A stretch of 64,000 bases of DNA from Felis catus (GCF_018350175.1 NC_058368.1:214336001-214400000), one strand, 5' to 3'; numbered from the stretch's first letter, positions 11,136 through 24,589 are shown. The notes: a model not told the origin generated them from the sequence alone. Numbers and translations: made by a program.

Positions 11136-14100
11136 TCATTCTTTTGAATGTTGCTATTCAGTTTTCCAACACTATTTGTTGAAGGGACAGGTTTTTTTTT
11201 TCATTGAATATTCTTTCCTGCTTTGTTGAAGGTTAATTGACCATGTAATTGTGGGTTCATTTCTGGGTTTTCTGTTTTGTTCTGTTGATCTGTGTCTATT
11301 TTTATGTCAGTACCATACTATTTTGATTACTACAGCTTTGTAATACAACTTGAAGTCTGGAATTGTGATGCCTCCAGCTTTTTTTTTTTTCAAGATTGAT
11401 TTGGCTATTTGGAGTCTTTTGTGACTCCATACAAATTTTAGGATTGTTTGTTCTAGCTCAGTGAAAAATGCTGTTGGTATTTTGATAGGGATTGCATTAA
11501 ATATGTAGATTGCTTTGGGTAGTATAGACATTTAAACAGTATTTGTTCTTCTAATCCATGAGCATGGAATGGCTTTCCATTTCTTTGTGTCATCTTCAAA
11601 TTTTTTTCATCAGTGTTTTATAGTTTTCAAAGTATAGGTCTTTCACCTCTTTGGTTAGGTTTATTTCTAGGTACCTTACTGTTTTTGATGCAGTTATAAA
11701 TGGGACTGATTCCTTACCTTTTCTTTCTAATGCTTCATTATTGGTGCATAGAAATGCAAGATTTTTGTGTGTCGATTTTGTATCCTGCACCTTTACTAAA
11801 TTTGTGTATCAGTTCTAGCAGTTTTTTGGGTGGAGTCATTATGGTTTTCTACATACAGTGTCATGCCATCTGCAAATAGTGAAAATTTGACTTCTTCCTT
11901 GCCAATTTGGATGCCTTTTATTTGTTGTCTGATTGCTAGGGCTTCCAGTGATAGGAGTGGAGGTCCCTATCTTGTTCCTGACTTAGAGGAAAAGCCCTCG
12001 GTTTTTCCCCATTGAGGATGGTATTAGCTGGAGGTTTTCATATAGGCCTTTTTTAGGTTGAGATGTGAGTTGTTTTTTTTTTTTTTTAATCATGAATGGA
12101 TGTTGTGCTTTGTTAAATGCTTTTCCTCCATCTATTCAAATGATTATATGGTCCTTATCCTTTCTTTTATTAATGTGATGTATCATGTTGATTGATATGT
12201 AAATATTGAACCATCCTTGCAACCTAGGAATAAATCTCACTTGATTATGATGAATGATTTTTTTTTTTTTTACTGTGTTTCTGGATTTGGTTTGCTGGTA
12301 TTATGTTGAGAATTTTTGTATCTATGTTCATCGGAGATATTGGCTGGTAGTTTTCTTTGGTTGTGTCTCTATCAGGTTTTGGTACCAGGGAATTGCTGGC
12401 CACATAGAATGGATTTGGTCATTTTTAAATTATTTTATTTTTTGGAATAGTTTGAGAAGAATAGGTGTGTTAACTCTTCTTTAAATGTTTGGTAGAATTC
12501 ACCTGTGAAGCCATCTGGTCCTAGACTTTTGTTTGTTGGGAGTTTTTTGATTACTGACTTAGGGTTTTTTTTGTTTTTTGTTTTTTTGTTTTTTGTTTTT
12601 TGTTTTTTTTTTTTTTTTTTTTTTGCTGGTTATTGGTCTGTTCAAGTTTTCTATTTCTTCCTGTTTCAGTTTTGGTAATTTATATGCTTCTATGAATTTA
12701 TTCATTTCTTCTAGGTCGTCCAATTTGTTGGCATATAGTTTTCCATAATATTCTAATTGTTTGTATTTCTGTGGTGTTGGTTGTCATTTCTCTTTTCTCA
12801 TTTGTGATTTTATTTATTGGGTCCGTTCTCTTTTCTTTTTGATAAGTCTGGCTACAAGTTTATCACTTTTATGCTACATTCATCCTTTTAGCAGGTGTTA
12901 TTGGTAATATTTTAAAATATCTTCTAATCACATGATATAATATATATAGTCGTATTCAGAATGTGGGCAAAAAACTTCCTATAACCCAGCTTAAATGCAA
13001 AACACTTACCGTTCTAGAATGTTTATCTCTTAGTAATTTGACACAAAAGTGTAGTGAGTCAAACACGATTGGTATAAAATTATGCTTTGGTGTTTTCCTA
13101 GTTGAGAATTGAAGCTCTTCAATCCATTGACACAACCAGAGCTAAATGCAGTGGTCTCCATGGTTTTCAGGCTGTTTCTTCTCCCAGCATCCTCATAGAG
13201 GTCTGGCTAGCCTCTCTATCTCCTGACACTGTACTTTACATTTATATAGACACGTGCCATAATGTCAACATTTTAGAGTCCATAGCGCCTTGCCACGTGT
13301 ATGGAGTGGTTAATGGTGTTCTGTGGTATTTATCAAGCACCCATAACGTGCTAGGTGCTTTAATAATGCCTGTGTAATGGTGTCCAGCTTTGAGCACAAT
13401 ATAGCATGGTAGTTTGACAGACTGGATTTTTTTTGCTAATTTTAATATTTCTCAGGCCGAGATGGGAATATTGGCCCATTTCCTCCCTTCTCCATGAGAC
13501 GCATTTAACTTTATTCTGAGTTTTGTTCCCTGCATACCCACTGACAATCTGAAGATGATATCGCTTGGCGCTTGAAGCTAGAAATCCTTATTTGTTCTGA
13601 TATTATATAATTTATGTTTGTAATTTCAGGCAGGTACAAATTTCTCAGACTGTATGGTGTTTCTTGTAAGAACATTTAGCAAATTCGTCTCAGCTTCTTT
13701 AAGACTAGAACTTAAAAACTTAAATGACTACATTTGGCTCAATAACCACAGACAGTAATGACACCTCTAAGTAGCTAATGCAAGCGTGTAATATTCTCAT
13801 AGCCCTGATTTAACTTTATTTACAGATTAAAATTGAATTGCAGTTGATTTATTGATATAATAGGCAGAAAGTGATTATCAAGCATCCATCACTGATGGAG
13901 GAAAAACCAATCAAATCATGCTCCAAGGTTTGCTTTAACCTAACCTAACTCATCACCTTATAAAACTCAGAGGATTTAAGTCATACGCTCTCACTAAAGT
14001 CAATGAGCCACAACTCCCACTAAACTCATATCTGCTCCTTTCAAGGCATGCAAGAGTTATACTAATTTGCACAACCGCAAGTTGTTATAAAAGGAAATGG

Positions 14101-14868
14101 CAATGGGCTGGAGATTTAGCGTCTGTATTTCCTTGCCATGCTTGCAGCCTTGGTAATATAATTCTTTAATGTTCATTGCAAATCCATGAGGGATTTGTGA
14201 AATGATGTCAACCTGTGCTGGAAAGATGTGGGGAGAGGAGGGTGGTGGTGCTTTCAACAATGACAAGCAGATTAGGAAAGGTATGTCTTTTGAAGGGAGA
14301 ACCAGGGTCAGTCCATGTTTCAAAAAGCAATGAAACACCTTGATTAGAAGCAGGCAACATGCTCACTTTGGTCTCCACATGTTTATAACTCTCTTCTTCA
14401 GAACTGGACAAGGTATGGGGTGGAAGAGAACACAGTGGAGTAGGTCAGCCATCCAGTGCCAGCAGCTGAACTGGGTGCTCAAGGGGCTCTGGCCCAACTG
14501 AGAGTGGCCTAGGTTGGATTTCCTTCCATTTGGACCACTAAAAGCTGGTAAAATAAAGCTGAAAAATCCAGTGCTGTCATATTTCAGAATGTTGCTAATG
14601 TCATGTGGAATACATAACTAGACAGTAGCGCTCATTCTTATCACTTAGAGAATTCTTAAGATGAAAGGTTTTATGTTTATTTACTTGGGTATTGTATACC
14701 CTGAGATATTTTTTTAGAGTTATCCTTCTATGAACTATGTGGAGTTATACATCTGTGAAGTGTAATGTGACACTTTTAAATATAATTTTTACATTTATCA
14801 TCATCTGTGTTGCTGCTTTTACTTCATGTCTTTGATGGAAAATGTTGCTGTGTCAAGAAGTACTGTTT

Positions 14869-15085
14869 AAAATTTTTTTTTAATGTTTACTTATTTTTGA
14901 GAGAGAGGGAAAGGCATAGCATGAGCAGGGGAGGGGCAGAGAGGGAGGGAGACAGAGAACCTGAAGCAGGCTTCAGGCTGAGCTGTCAGTGCAGAGCCCG
15001 ACATGGGGTTTGAACTCACAGATCGTGAGATCATGACCTGAGCTGAAGTCGGATGCTCAACCGACTGAACCCCCCCAGGCTCCCT
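14869..15085 (-). mobile_element. SINEC
   Basis: Perfect 14-bp TSD AAGAAGTACTGTTT at 14855-14868 and 15086-15099. Confidence 0.95.
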
Positions 15086-15689
15086 AAGAAGTACTGTTTT
15101 AATTATACCTTAGCCCTGAGGAGGTTTGGAGAAGGCATAATTATTACAAATCCAAAGCCATATAATGGAATATTCAAGTTTGTTTTTATTACATTGTTCA
15201 GTTGTACCTGTGGTGTTGTACATTGTTAAGTATATTCATCTATATTTAGGAAATGAAACTGCTTTTTCATTGTTCTCAATATCATGTTTTCCAAATATAG
15301 TATATGACACTCATGGACTTCAAAAAATATTTCTTGTGTACTTAAGTGCCAAAAGGAATGGAGAAAAAGGAAATACTTCCTCTTATTATATAGGTAGATA
15401 CATGTTCATTTTGCTGTCCCATCTAATATTGTTGATTCTACATGGTAAACTTTTTTTTTCCTAATGAATATATTTGACTCATATATAACCTTGTTCATCC
15501 TCTGCCCCGTATACATATTTACCTTTCATAGTATACAAATATGTCTAATTTAAAGGAAAGAAAAGAAGTGATATGACCTAGATATCAGTTTGGGCATCTC
15601 TCTGTTGGGAGTGGGCAATACAGAGAAACACTGCTTGGCTTCTTTCTTCTATAGCAGCATGCTTTTCAAACAGGGGGAAACATAAGATT

Positions 15690-16067
15690 TGTTTTAGTCT
15701 GTTCGGACTGCCGTAACAAAATATAGATTAGGTGGCTTAAATGACAGACCTTTTTTTGTCACAGTCCTAGAGTCTGGGATATCCAAGGTCAGGTGTCAGC
15801 ATGATTGAGTTCTTGGTAAGAGCCCTTTTCTTGCCTTGCAGATGGCCACCTTCTTTCTGTGTCCCCACGGTTGGGGGGAGAGAGAGAGAGAGAGCTCTTG
15901 TCTCTTCCTCTTCTTATAAGGGCATAAATCCCATCATGAAGGTCCACCCTCATAACCTTGTTAAGTATAAACACCTCAAAAAGACCCCACCACTGAATGC
16001 CTTCACAACGGGGACTGGGACTTTAGCATATGAATTTTGAGGAAACACAAACATTCGGTCCATAACA
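15690..16067 (-). mobile_element. MLT1A-like ERVL-MaLR solo LTR
   Basis: TG...CA termini. The reverse complement begins TGTTATGGACCGAATGTTTGTG. Perfect 5-bp TSD AGATT at 15685-15689 and 16068-16072. Confidence 0.9.
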
Positions 16068-17024
16068 AGATTTTATTAGAGGGGAAGTGGCTATGCTCAA
16101 AATAAATACTTTCATTTAAAAACTGGAGCCTGTGTGTCGTGCATCCAGTCTACGCCCAGCACGTAACCACAGCACCATTGTTCTTGCTTCCTAACTGCCT
16201 TCATCTTCTTTTCTTTTTTACCTCAATGTGTGTCCCATTATTGTACATGATATGCCCCATATTGCATATGATATTCTCTCCTAGGATACCCTATGGGTTT
16301 CCTTTGTTTTCATACTCTTCATCTTGCCACAAATCTCTTTCCATTCTTTGTCATGGAAAGTCTCCTCCATTTATCATTTTAGTGTCCGCCCTTAATAGCT
16401 TGTCCTGCAACACTGCTCATCACACATTTCACTGTGGCTCCTTCAGGACATGGAGTCTTCTGTGAGCTATCATGTTTCTCACTGTAACACTGTCACTAAC
16501 ATCCAGTGATATCCATCCACTAAACAAACACTGGAAGCATTTAGTCTGGGGAATTTAGAAAACAAAACTATTGCAGGGCATAAGATTTTCAATGTTAACT
16601 TGCATTAAAGATACTGGTTCTCAGTTTTACTTTGAGATGTTGTGCAACAATTTGTTTATTTAGAGGTGGCTGCATTTCATAGCTTGCGGATTATCACAAG
16701 AGATCATATGAACCTTGACAAATATTCTGTTTTACTGTGAGAATGTGGTAGTTGGATTATTCTAAAAGAAAAGGGAAGGTCTAGCTGTAAATGCCATTAT
16801 CTGTGTGCGCTTGCTAGAATTTTAACTTTGGTGCAGTGCTCTTACAGATTACCATGCCTCAGGGGACCTAGGGAGCATTAAGCACAGGCCATTGATGGAA
16901 TAAACCATGCATGCTTTGTAGGCATGCACACCAAATACTCTTATGAAAAAGCACTTGCTTTTCAGTGATTGAGTTGTAAGCACCAGCTCCTTGACTGCTT
17001 CGTGAGAAACTCATTTCATATTCT

Positions 17025-17700
17025 ATTTCATTCAACTAATATTTTATTTAGCCCGTAGTACAATTCATTCATTAATATAAGTCCTAGAAAAATAAAGATG
17101 AATATGGTTCAGCTCTTGCCCTCAAGAAGTTTATGGTTTGGGGATGAGAAAAGCATCCATATAGTAGATACAGTGCAGTGAGGTAAGAATTAGCCAATTT
17201 AAAAATGTGAGTGTGTGAATGGACATATTTATGCTGCCTATGAAGAGTGAGTTAAATTATGTTAGCAAGAAAGGAGCAAAGAGCCTTCTCTAAAGAGACC
17301 AACATGATGACCAGCATGGTCCCAAAGGAGGGATTAGATAGCCTGGGACTTTTATTTTATTTTATTTTATTTTATTTTATTTTATTTTATTTTATTTTAT
17401 TTTAATAGCATGGGATTTTAGACTCTTGAGTCTAGGGCTCTGAAGGGATAGTCAGGGCTGGAAATACAGATTTTGGTAGTTACGGGCTTTTTTGTGCTTT
17501 CAAGGCTATAGGAAGACATCTTTGAAGGAAAGAATGTAGAGAAAATGTGTAACCCCCCAATAATAATGAATAGTTGGAAGAAGAGAAGATAGTAAGAGAC
17601 CAACAAAGAGAAGTCAGTAAAGTTTGGACGACAACGGGACATGCTGAGGCTAAGGGAAGAGCTTGAAGAACAAAAGCAGTTGATATGTATATTCTGTGTA
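17025..17700 (-). mobile_element. L2 LINE relic
   Basis: CATTCAACTAATATTT, CTTGCCCTCAAGAAGTTTA and GGGCTGGAAATACAGATTTTGG resemble the L2 3' region. Confidence 0.6.
17350..17404. repeat. (TTTTA)n microsatellite
   Basis: Seen directly; flanked by imperfect direct repeats. Confidence 0.95.
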
Positions 17701-17909
17701 GATAGGTCTAAACCAGTATCTTAAAACCTTGGTCATTCAGCACACTGAAGGATTTTGTTGTTGTTGTTGTTGTGGTAATTGTTTTAAGACATCTTAAAAA
17801 TCTCCTGAGAGATTTTTCCCATGTGGAAATGCTGAGCATCAAATTAGTTTTTCCTCTCAAATGTTCAAGCCGTGCCATAATTATAACTTTTTAAGAATGC
17901 TGAGATTTG

Positions 17910-17910
<1 letters not shown>

Positions 17911-17990
<80 letters not shown>

Positions 17991-17992
17991 TC
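17911..17992. repeat. (TTTC)n microsatellite
   Basis: Seen directly; about 20 units. Confidence 0.95.
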
Positions 17993-18399
17993 AGGAGGCC
18001 CAGGGTTAGCCCTAAGTACATTGAGAAGTGTATGAAATCAGTTTTGGCACCCTTCCTTTATCCCCAGCCAAATTCTAGAAAGATGGTCTACTGGTACTTA
18101 AAAGAGAAAGTGCTAATAACTCACAGCCAAAGTGAAATTGCTTAGATGGGTCTTGCCAAATCCCTCTTTTGAGTTTGAAAGGGTTGTTACCCTGAAGCTC
18201 AGGAATTTCAGGGAGCTGCTCTCACACAGAGGACAGTAACATTAGGTGAGCCTCAGGTGATTAAGCAACGAGAATGTTGACCAAATGATCATTGCATATC
18301 TGGAGGGAGGCCGCTGACCCTGCCCTTTTCAAAACTTTCATCAGCAATTTGGATGAAGTCCAAGGAATACACCAATGGAGAAGAGCCACAGGGATGTAG

Positions 18400-18595
18400 A
18401 TATTTGTTCTGCAAAAGGTTATACTTTTTCATAGTTAAAGTCCAAAAATGGTATGGGCCTTTTGATGGCAGAGAGCTCTTCATCACCGGAAGTGGTAAGT
18501 GCTATAAAGTCCTGGATGTTTTAGGGCCATTTTCAGCTCATGGTGAGGGATTGGATTAGGTGACTGCTGCTTTCTTTTTCAATTCTAAATTTTTT
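18400..18595 (+). mobile_element. L3/CR1 3' end relic
   Basis: GTCCAAAAATGGTATGGGCC...CATCACCGGAAGTG...GGATTGGATTAGGTGAC resembles the L3 3' end. Confidence 0.55.
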
Positions 18596-20480
18596 TTATT
18601 TTAAGGATATTCTTTACGTCTGCATATTCTAGTTGTGCTTTCCTTGGAACAAGAGGGAAATAAACTTGTCACAAGAATGGTGTTCCCTTTGAGCTCTTCT
18701 CCCTGTGTGTAACCCCACCCTTTTTTCTCCTGTGAGCTTGACTCTATGAAGCAATGGTAAATCACATTCCTGAAGAATTGTGCCAGAGAGTCTATGGCAT
18801 ATTTAGCACTTGTTTTCACTTATTATTTGTAGCAGGTTACATCTCTGTGGCTCAACCTTTCTCTATTATTGAAAGAATAAAATCCTATCTTTAAGCTCTG
18901 TGAAGCAGGCAATATTAAGTGAATCATATATATACAGAGGGCTGAAACAGTGTCCTGGAAGTGATTCTTCTTAAGGTCAGGGACACATGCTTGTTTTATA
19001 TCTAACATCTTTCCAGAATGTGCATCTAGGACACAGCTACTATTATATAGCATCAGATCATAACCTATGTGCTCCCATGTTGTCAGGCTTTGAACTGTCT
19101 GCATTAGGGCCACTAATCTACTTCACTCCACACCAATTAGTTAAAGCAACTAGGGATCTAAATATATGCTTGTTCCTTTTTCAAAAAATCCCTACTTCCT
19201 AACAATCCCCATACTTTTCACTTGATACATTTAGGGAATACATGCATGCCAAGATTCTGCACAAGAACTTCATTTTAGAATTTCAGACATTCTTGGATTC
19301 AGCACATCAGAATTCAATTCTTTCCTTTTCAGTTATATATTCAGGAAACCATATTAAGCTAACTAATCATGTGATTATTGTGATAATTTAGAATGACTAA
19401 ATACAGAATTTCACATTTGGCTGATTGCCAGGGTTGTCTTTATCTCTTTTCTGACATAAACTTCCCGCAGAAAAGAATCAATGTAAGAGCCAAATAATTT
19501 CTGTAGAAATTCCATGGCTATATTCTATTTCCGTATTCCTTATTTTACTTCCAGGTGCACATAAAATGATCAAGTTAGTCTAGTATCCCTTTAATCTGCA
19601 TGCTGTTTCTCATAGCCAATCGCCTTTTGCATTTACGACAGGTATTTGAAAGATTGGTGGCAAAACAACTTTTTTGAAAGACAGTGAAAAAAATCAGGAG
19701 GTTTAGAGGTCAGGCATTTTAAAATATCTCATACAATTGACAGTGGTTTGTCCCTGTCATGACCTATTAGTGGAGGACAAAATTCTTAAAAAGTGTTTAA
19801 TTAACATGTACATTTAGTGTAACAAAAGCTCTTGCCTTAAAGTGCAGGCTACATGGAGAGACAGTCCATGAAATAAAAAAAAAAAGTATTTACCTCCCTC
19901 TATAATTACTGTGGCCTTTTGTACTAGCATTCTTCATCTTATTAACATCACAGTAGGATGGTATCTCTAACTGGTACTGGCAGGCGTCTATCTGCCCTGC
20001 TCCTGGGGAGACTTTTCAAAGAGGTCCAGTGCTTCAAATACCAATTGCTCCTTGTGAACTTTGCAATGCTCCATCCTTTTAAAAAAATTAAAGCTCAAAT
20101 TTTTACAAAACTGAATTGTCTCATTGATTGAGAGTCCTGAATTTACCTCTTTGAAAACCACTTGGGTTTTACTCGAATACATATAAAGCCTGTGTAGAAA
20201 ATTTTGCATTTGTTGATGTTTTATAAAAATCCTCATCAAATAATGTTTTGTGTCAACTTGGACACCAGAACCTATATCTGTGCTATGCTATCTGTGATGT
20301 CCATGTTCTCTCATCAAAAGAATTTTCTAAATTTGCAAACCATTTGTTTTTGTTTGCTTTTTACCAAAGTTGTTGATCTCTTTAAGTGGGTATGTCATCA
20401 ATGTATCTGTAAATTAAATGATTCTTTAACTATATGAATGGTATGAAATTTAAGAATAGAAGTTGCTATTTCGAAGAAGG

Positions 20481-20757
20481 GTTTTTGTTTGTTTTTTAAT
20501 GTGATTTATTGTCAAGTTAGCTAACATACAGCGTATGCAGTGTGCTCTTGGCTTCGGGAGTAGATTCCCATGATTCATCGCTTAAATACAACACCCAGTG
20601 CACATCCCAACAAGTGCCCTCCTCAAAGCCCATCACCCATTTCTCCTCTCCCTCGCCCCCCATCAACTCTCAGTTTGTTCTCTGTATTCAGTGTCTCTTA
20701 TGGTTTGCCTCCCCCTCTGTTTGAAATAATTTTTTCCCCTTCCCTTCCCCCATGGCC
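20481..20757 (-). mobile_element. Carnivore L1 3'UTR fragment
   Basis: Homologous to the L1 3'UTR at 47550-47800 (CAACACCCAGTGC...CCCAACAAGTGCCCTCCTC). Confidence 0.9.
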
Positions 20758-22822
20758 TTTATTGCTTTGAAATATGGTCAATGGAGCTTAGAATTTTTCT
20801 CACTGTGAAAACTGTCTATGTCCAAGTCCAGCAGCATTTTGAAATGAGTAACTGAAACAGTTATACTGTAAGTTAGATAAAAATCCTAATGTTGAGTGAG
20901 AGGAGGGAGCTTGGGTCTCAGTTACGTTTGATTATTTACATTAATTAAAAAGCAATTTTATAGCTAGGTATGAAGTTTTTATTGCATTATTATGTTTTCG
21001 TGCTTCACAGTAAGGTTTAGCCAGAGTTTTACTCACAGTTTAATTGATTTAGGATATTAACCTTGACAGGTGAGTTTCTGGCTATGAATACTTACACAAG
21101 GACCAACTAATGTGTGGTTTGAGCACAGTGAGATGGTGCGATAAAAGTGACTTATTAAAAAAAAAACCTTTTCATTTTTGCATTAGGAAACATATATTTT
21201 TGAAGGGCATAGACAAATGTTTTTTTTATCACACCATGAAACACAATACGCACATTTTCATTTGCCCTTGAAATTAAAACTTTTCTAGAAATCAAAGAAT
21301 GAAATTACTTAGTTCACAATAGTCTTTTTTCTCTGGAAGGCTTTTCAATTTAAACATTTTCTGTAGACCTCTCAGTGCTTACTACAGAGTAGAAGAGACT
21401 ATGATAGAAACAAAAAAAATCACCCTATTTAAAGAAAGACTCAAAGTACCTTCCTGCGCATGAAAATGTTGGAGGTCTATATGGGCACATAAAGGGCACT
21501 GGAGCCATAGAAGAGATTATTGCATTCTCTGCATGCTGATGCTTTTCTTACCCTGTTTGGTAGTAGATTATCCATTAATTTATCCTTTGTTCCAATAGCT
21601 TCTCTAGTCTTTATTTTCTGATTATGTGTATTTATTCCATTTGGCAGTCGTTTAGGAGATAGAGAAACAACCAGGTCATGAGATCTGATATTGTTACCAG
21701 CAGTAGTTAATTGAACCTGACAGAACAGAATTGAAAATGTAGACATTTGAAGATAAACTCATCAGCTATTAAAAAGTGAGAGATGTTGTGAAAAATGGCA
21801 CACACAGGTACAACAGCTGTGTAGCGAACTCTGTAGTAATTATGGCTTGAGCAAATTTGGTTATGCAAAAGGAGCAAGAAGAAAAGCAGATGTAGGATTA
21901 GGAAGAACTCAGTTCGGAAAAGCATGGCAGGATGTAACTGCATTGCTGAATTCTTAATTCTACCCTTAATTAATTTTTCTTAACATTTTTTTTTAAAGTT
22001 CACGTGTAGGAAATATTCAGAGCCAGAGTTTAAAATTTTACAAAATGTTGCACTGTCGTTGAAGGTATTTTACATTTTGATATTTTTTATTCATACCATA
22101 ATACATTCTTCTGTTGATAATTGTAATTCAAAGGAAGATTATATTACAATGCCATGTGTTTGATCCCTCCAAAGATCATAGCATAGTCCTATGTATAGGA
22201 CAGGTGATCAAGATAAGTCGAGTGAATTAAACTTCAAAATTTTAGAGAGTTTCTGGATTATTATTTTCTAATCAATTAACAGTGTACAGTATTATAGAAA
22301 GCATTTGATTTTCTTGATGTTTTTGAATCTTGTTAAATTATACTTGTAAATTGAAAAAGCTGAAAAGTATATTTTTAATATAATCTTAGAACAAAAGACA
22401 CAAATAATCAGTACTATTGGAGCTGTATTTCTCCTGTTATAGTAAAACATGAATGCTAAAACTAATTTTATGTTAATTAAATTAAATTCCTGGAATTTGG
22501 TTTTGGTTTTGGTTTAATTTGTTAATTTAATGAATAATCAGAGCTGCCATGATACTTGATGCTGTTTTGTTATGATATGGACTAGATAGTGGGGTTTGTA
22601 GCAGTTTTTGGTTGGAGTTCTTATTTATTTATTTCTGTAGTTTGACACTTGTTCCACTCAGTGGGGATAATGTGCTGCAGTGCCTGCTAGGAACAAAATG
22701 AGTTCTATATTGGGGAGAGGAGTTATCAGGAAACAGAAAAAGATGCCAAAAACTTCAGTCCCTTGAGGAAGGGGTTATAACTTAGTGATGCAGACCCAGT
22801 TCAGTTGGAATCTAGGCATTAC

Positions 22823-23557
22823 AAGGCAACCGACAGAATAGGAGAAGGTATTTGCAAATGACATATGGGATAAAGGGTTAGTACCCAAAATCTATAAAGA
22901 ACTTAGCAAACTCAACACCCAAAAACAACTCAGTGAAGAGATGGGCAGAAGACCTGAATAGACATTTTTCCAAAGAAGACATCCAGAAGGCCAGCAGACC
23001 CATGAAAAGATTCTCAACATCATTCATCATCAGGGAACTACAAATCAAAACCACAATGAGATACCACTTCACATCTGCCAAAATGGCTATGGGGAGAAAA
23101 GGGAACCCTCTTGCACTGTTGGTAGGATGCAAACTTGTGGAGTCACTGTGGAAAACAGTATAGAGGTTCCTCCAAAAATTAAAAATAGAACTACCCTCTG
23201 ACCCAGCAATTGCCCTGCTAGATATTTTTTCAAAAGATACAAAAGTGGATTCGAAGGGACACATGCACCCCAAATGTTTATTAGCAGTGCTGTCAACAAT
23301 AGGCATATTATGGAAAGAGCCCAAATGTCTGCCCAACTGATGAATGGACAAAGAATATGTGGCATATATATATATATACACACATATATATATATATGTA
23401 TATATATACACACATATATATATATGTGTATATATATATATACACATATACATACATGTATGTATGTATATGTATATATATACACATATATATGTGTATA
23501 TATATACACATATACATACATACATGTATGTATGTATATGTATATATATACACATAT

Positions 23558-23595
<38 letters not shown>

Positions 23596-24000
23596 ACGGA
23601 ATACTACTTGGTGATGAAAAAGAATGAAATCTTGCCATTTGCAACAACGTGGATGGAGCTAGGGTTTATTATGCTAAGTGAAATAAGTCAAAAGACAGAT
23701 ATCATATGATTTCACTCCTATGTGAAATTTGAGAAACACAACAGATGAACATAGGGGAAGGAAGGAAAAATTAGATAAAAGCAGAGAGGGAGGCCAACCA
23801 CAAGAGATTCTTAAATACATAGAACAAACTGAGGGCTGCTGGAGGGAGGTGGGTGGAGGGAATGGGCTAAATGGGTGATGGACATTATGGAGGGCACTTT
23901 TGGGGATGAGCACTGGGTGTCATGTGTAAGAGATGAATCACTGGGTTCTACTCCTGAAACCAAGAGTACACTGTATGTTAACTAACTTCAATTAAAAAGA
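22823..24000 (+). mobile_element. Carnivore L1, 5'-truncated (ORF2 C-terminus plus 3'UTR)
   Basis: ORF2p peptides [17 protein letters not shown] and [15 protein letters not shown], followed by a 3'UTR and short A-tail. Confidence 0.95.
23364..23595. repeat. Complex (TA)/(CA)/(TATG) microsatellite inside L1
   Basis: Seen directly. It explains the YI/CV-rich ORFs at 22878-23709. Confidence 0.95.
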
Positions 24001-24469
24001 AAAGACTTTAGGAATATTCAGCTTGGAAAGAAGAGGATATAGGCTCTACTTTGGACTGCTTGAATAAAATAACTTATGTGCTGAAGAAGTAGATTTTTTC
24101 AGGAATTTTGTTTGAAATGAAGCAGTGATGTAGCTCAAGAGTCCCATAGGGTGTAAAACAAATTCTGAACATTTGGAGTCAGCTCCAAATAGCTGAACTA
24201 TGATTTAGGGTAAAGTTCTCTCATGTGTTTTAATAATTTCCTGGATGTGTTGGGGAAACCCTAAATGCTCAGAAGTTTCAGGGAGAATAGAACCATTCAA
24301 AGGATCTAGATGTTTTAGAATTATTTAAGTGGAAGTTTCTACTTGGTACCAGCATGGTGACCCCATTGTGGTAGTTTCTACATAGCAGAATAAATTAATA
24401 ACTATTTTGAGAATTCTCTAAGCAATTTGTTTCCTTTTTTTTCTAGTCCAGTTCACTTATGCATAATAT

Positions 24470-24582
24470 GGATTGCCAGATTAAATATAGGGCACTCAGT
24501 CAAATTTGAATTTCAGATAAACAATGAATTTTATATAAGTGTATCTCAAATATTGCATGGGACATAGTTAAACTAAAAAATA
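24470..24582 (+). mobile_element. MER53-like DNA transposon (half)
   Basis: GGATTGCCAGATTAAATATAGGGCACTCAGTCAAATTTGAATTTCAGATAAACAATGAAT...AAATATTGCATGGGACATA matches the recalled MER53 consensus. Confidence 0.75.
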
Positions 24583-24589
24583 TGATTTC

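Larger units (their letters stand above)
9646..12872 (-). mobile_element. Carnivore L1, 5'-truncated and decayed (3'UTR plus 3' part of ORF2)
   Basis: ORF2p fragments in the track ([34 protein letters not shown]) and a carnivore L1 3'UTR at 9650-9960. Contains frameshifts and internal deletions. Confidence 0.95.

Noticed and set aside
22878..23709. Longest ORFs in the track (232 aa, 186 aa and overlapping ones)
   Set aside because: They are read-throughs of a stop-free TA/CA microsatellite plus L1 sequence, not genes.
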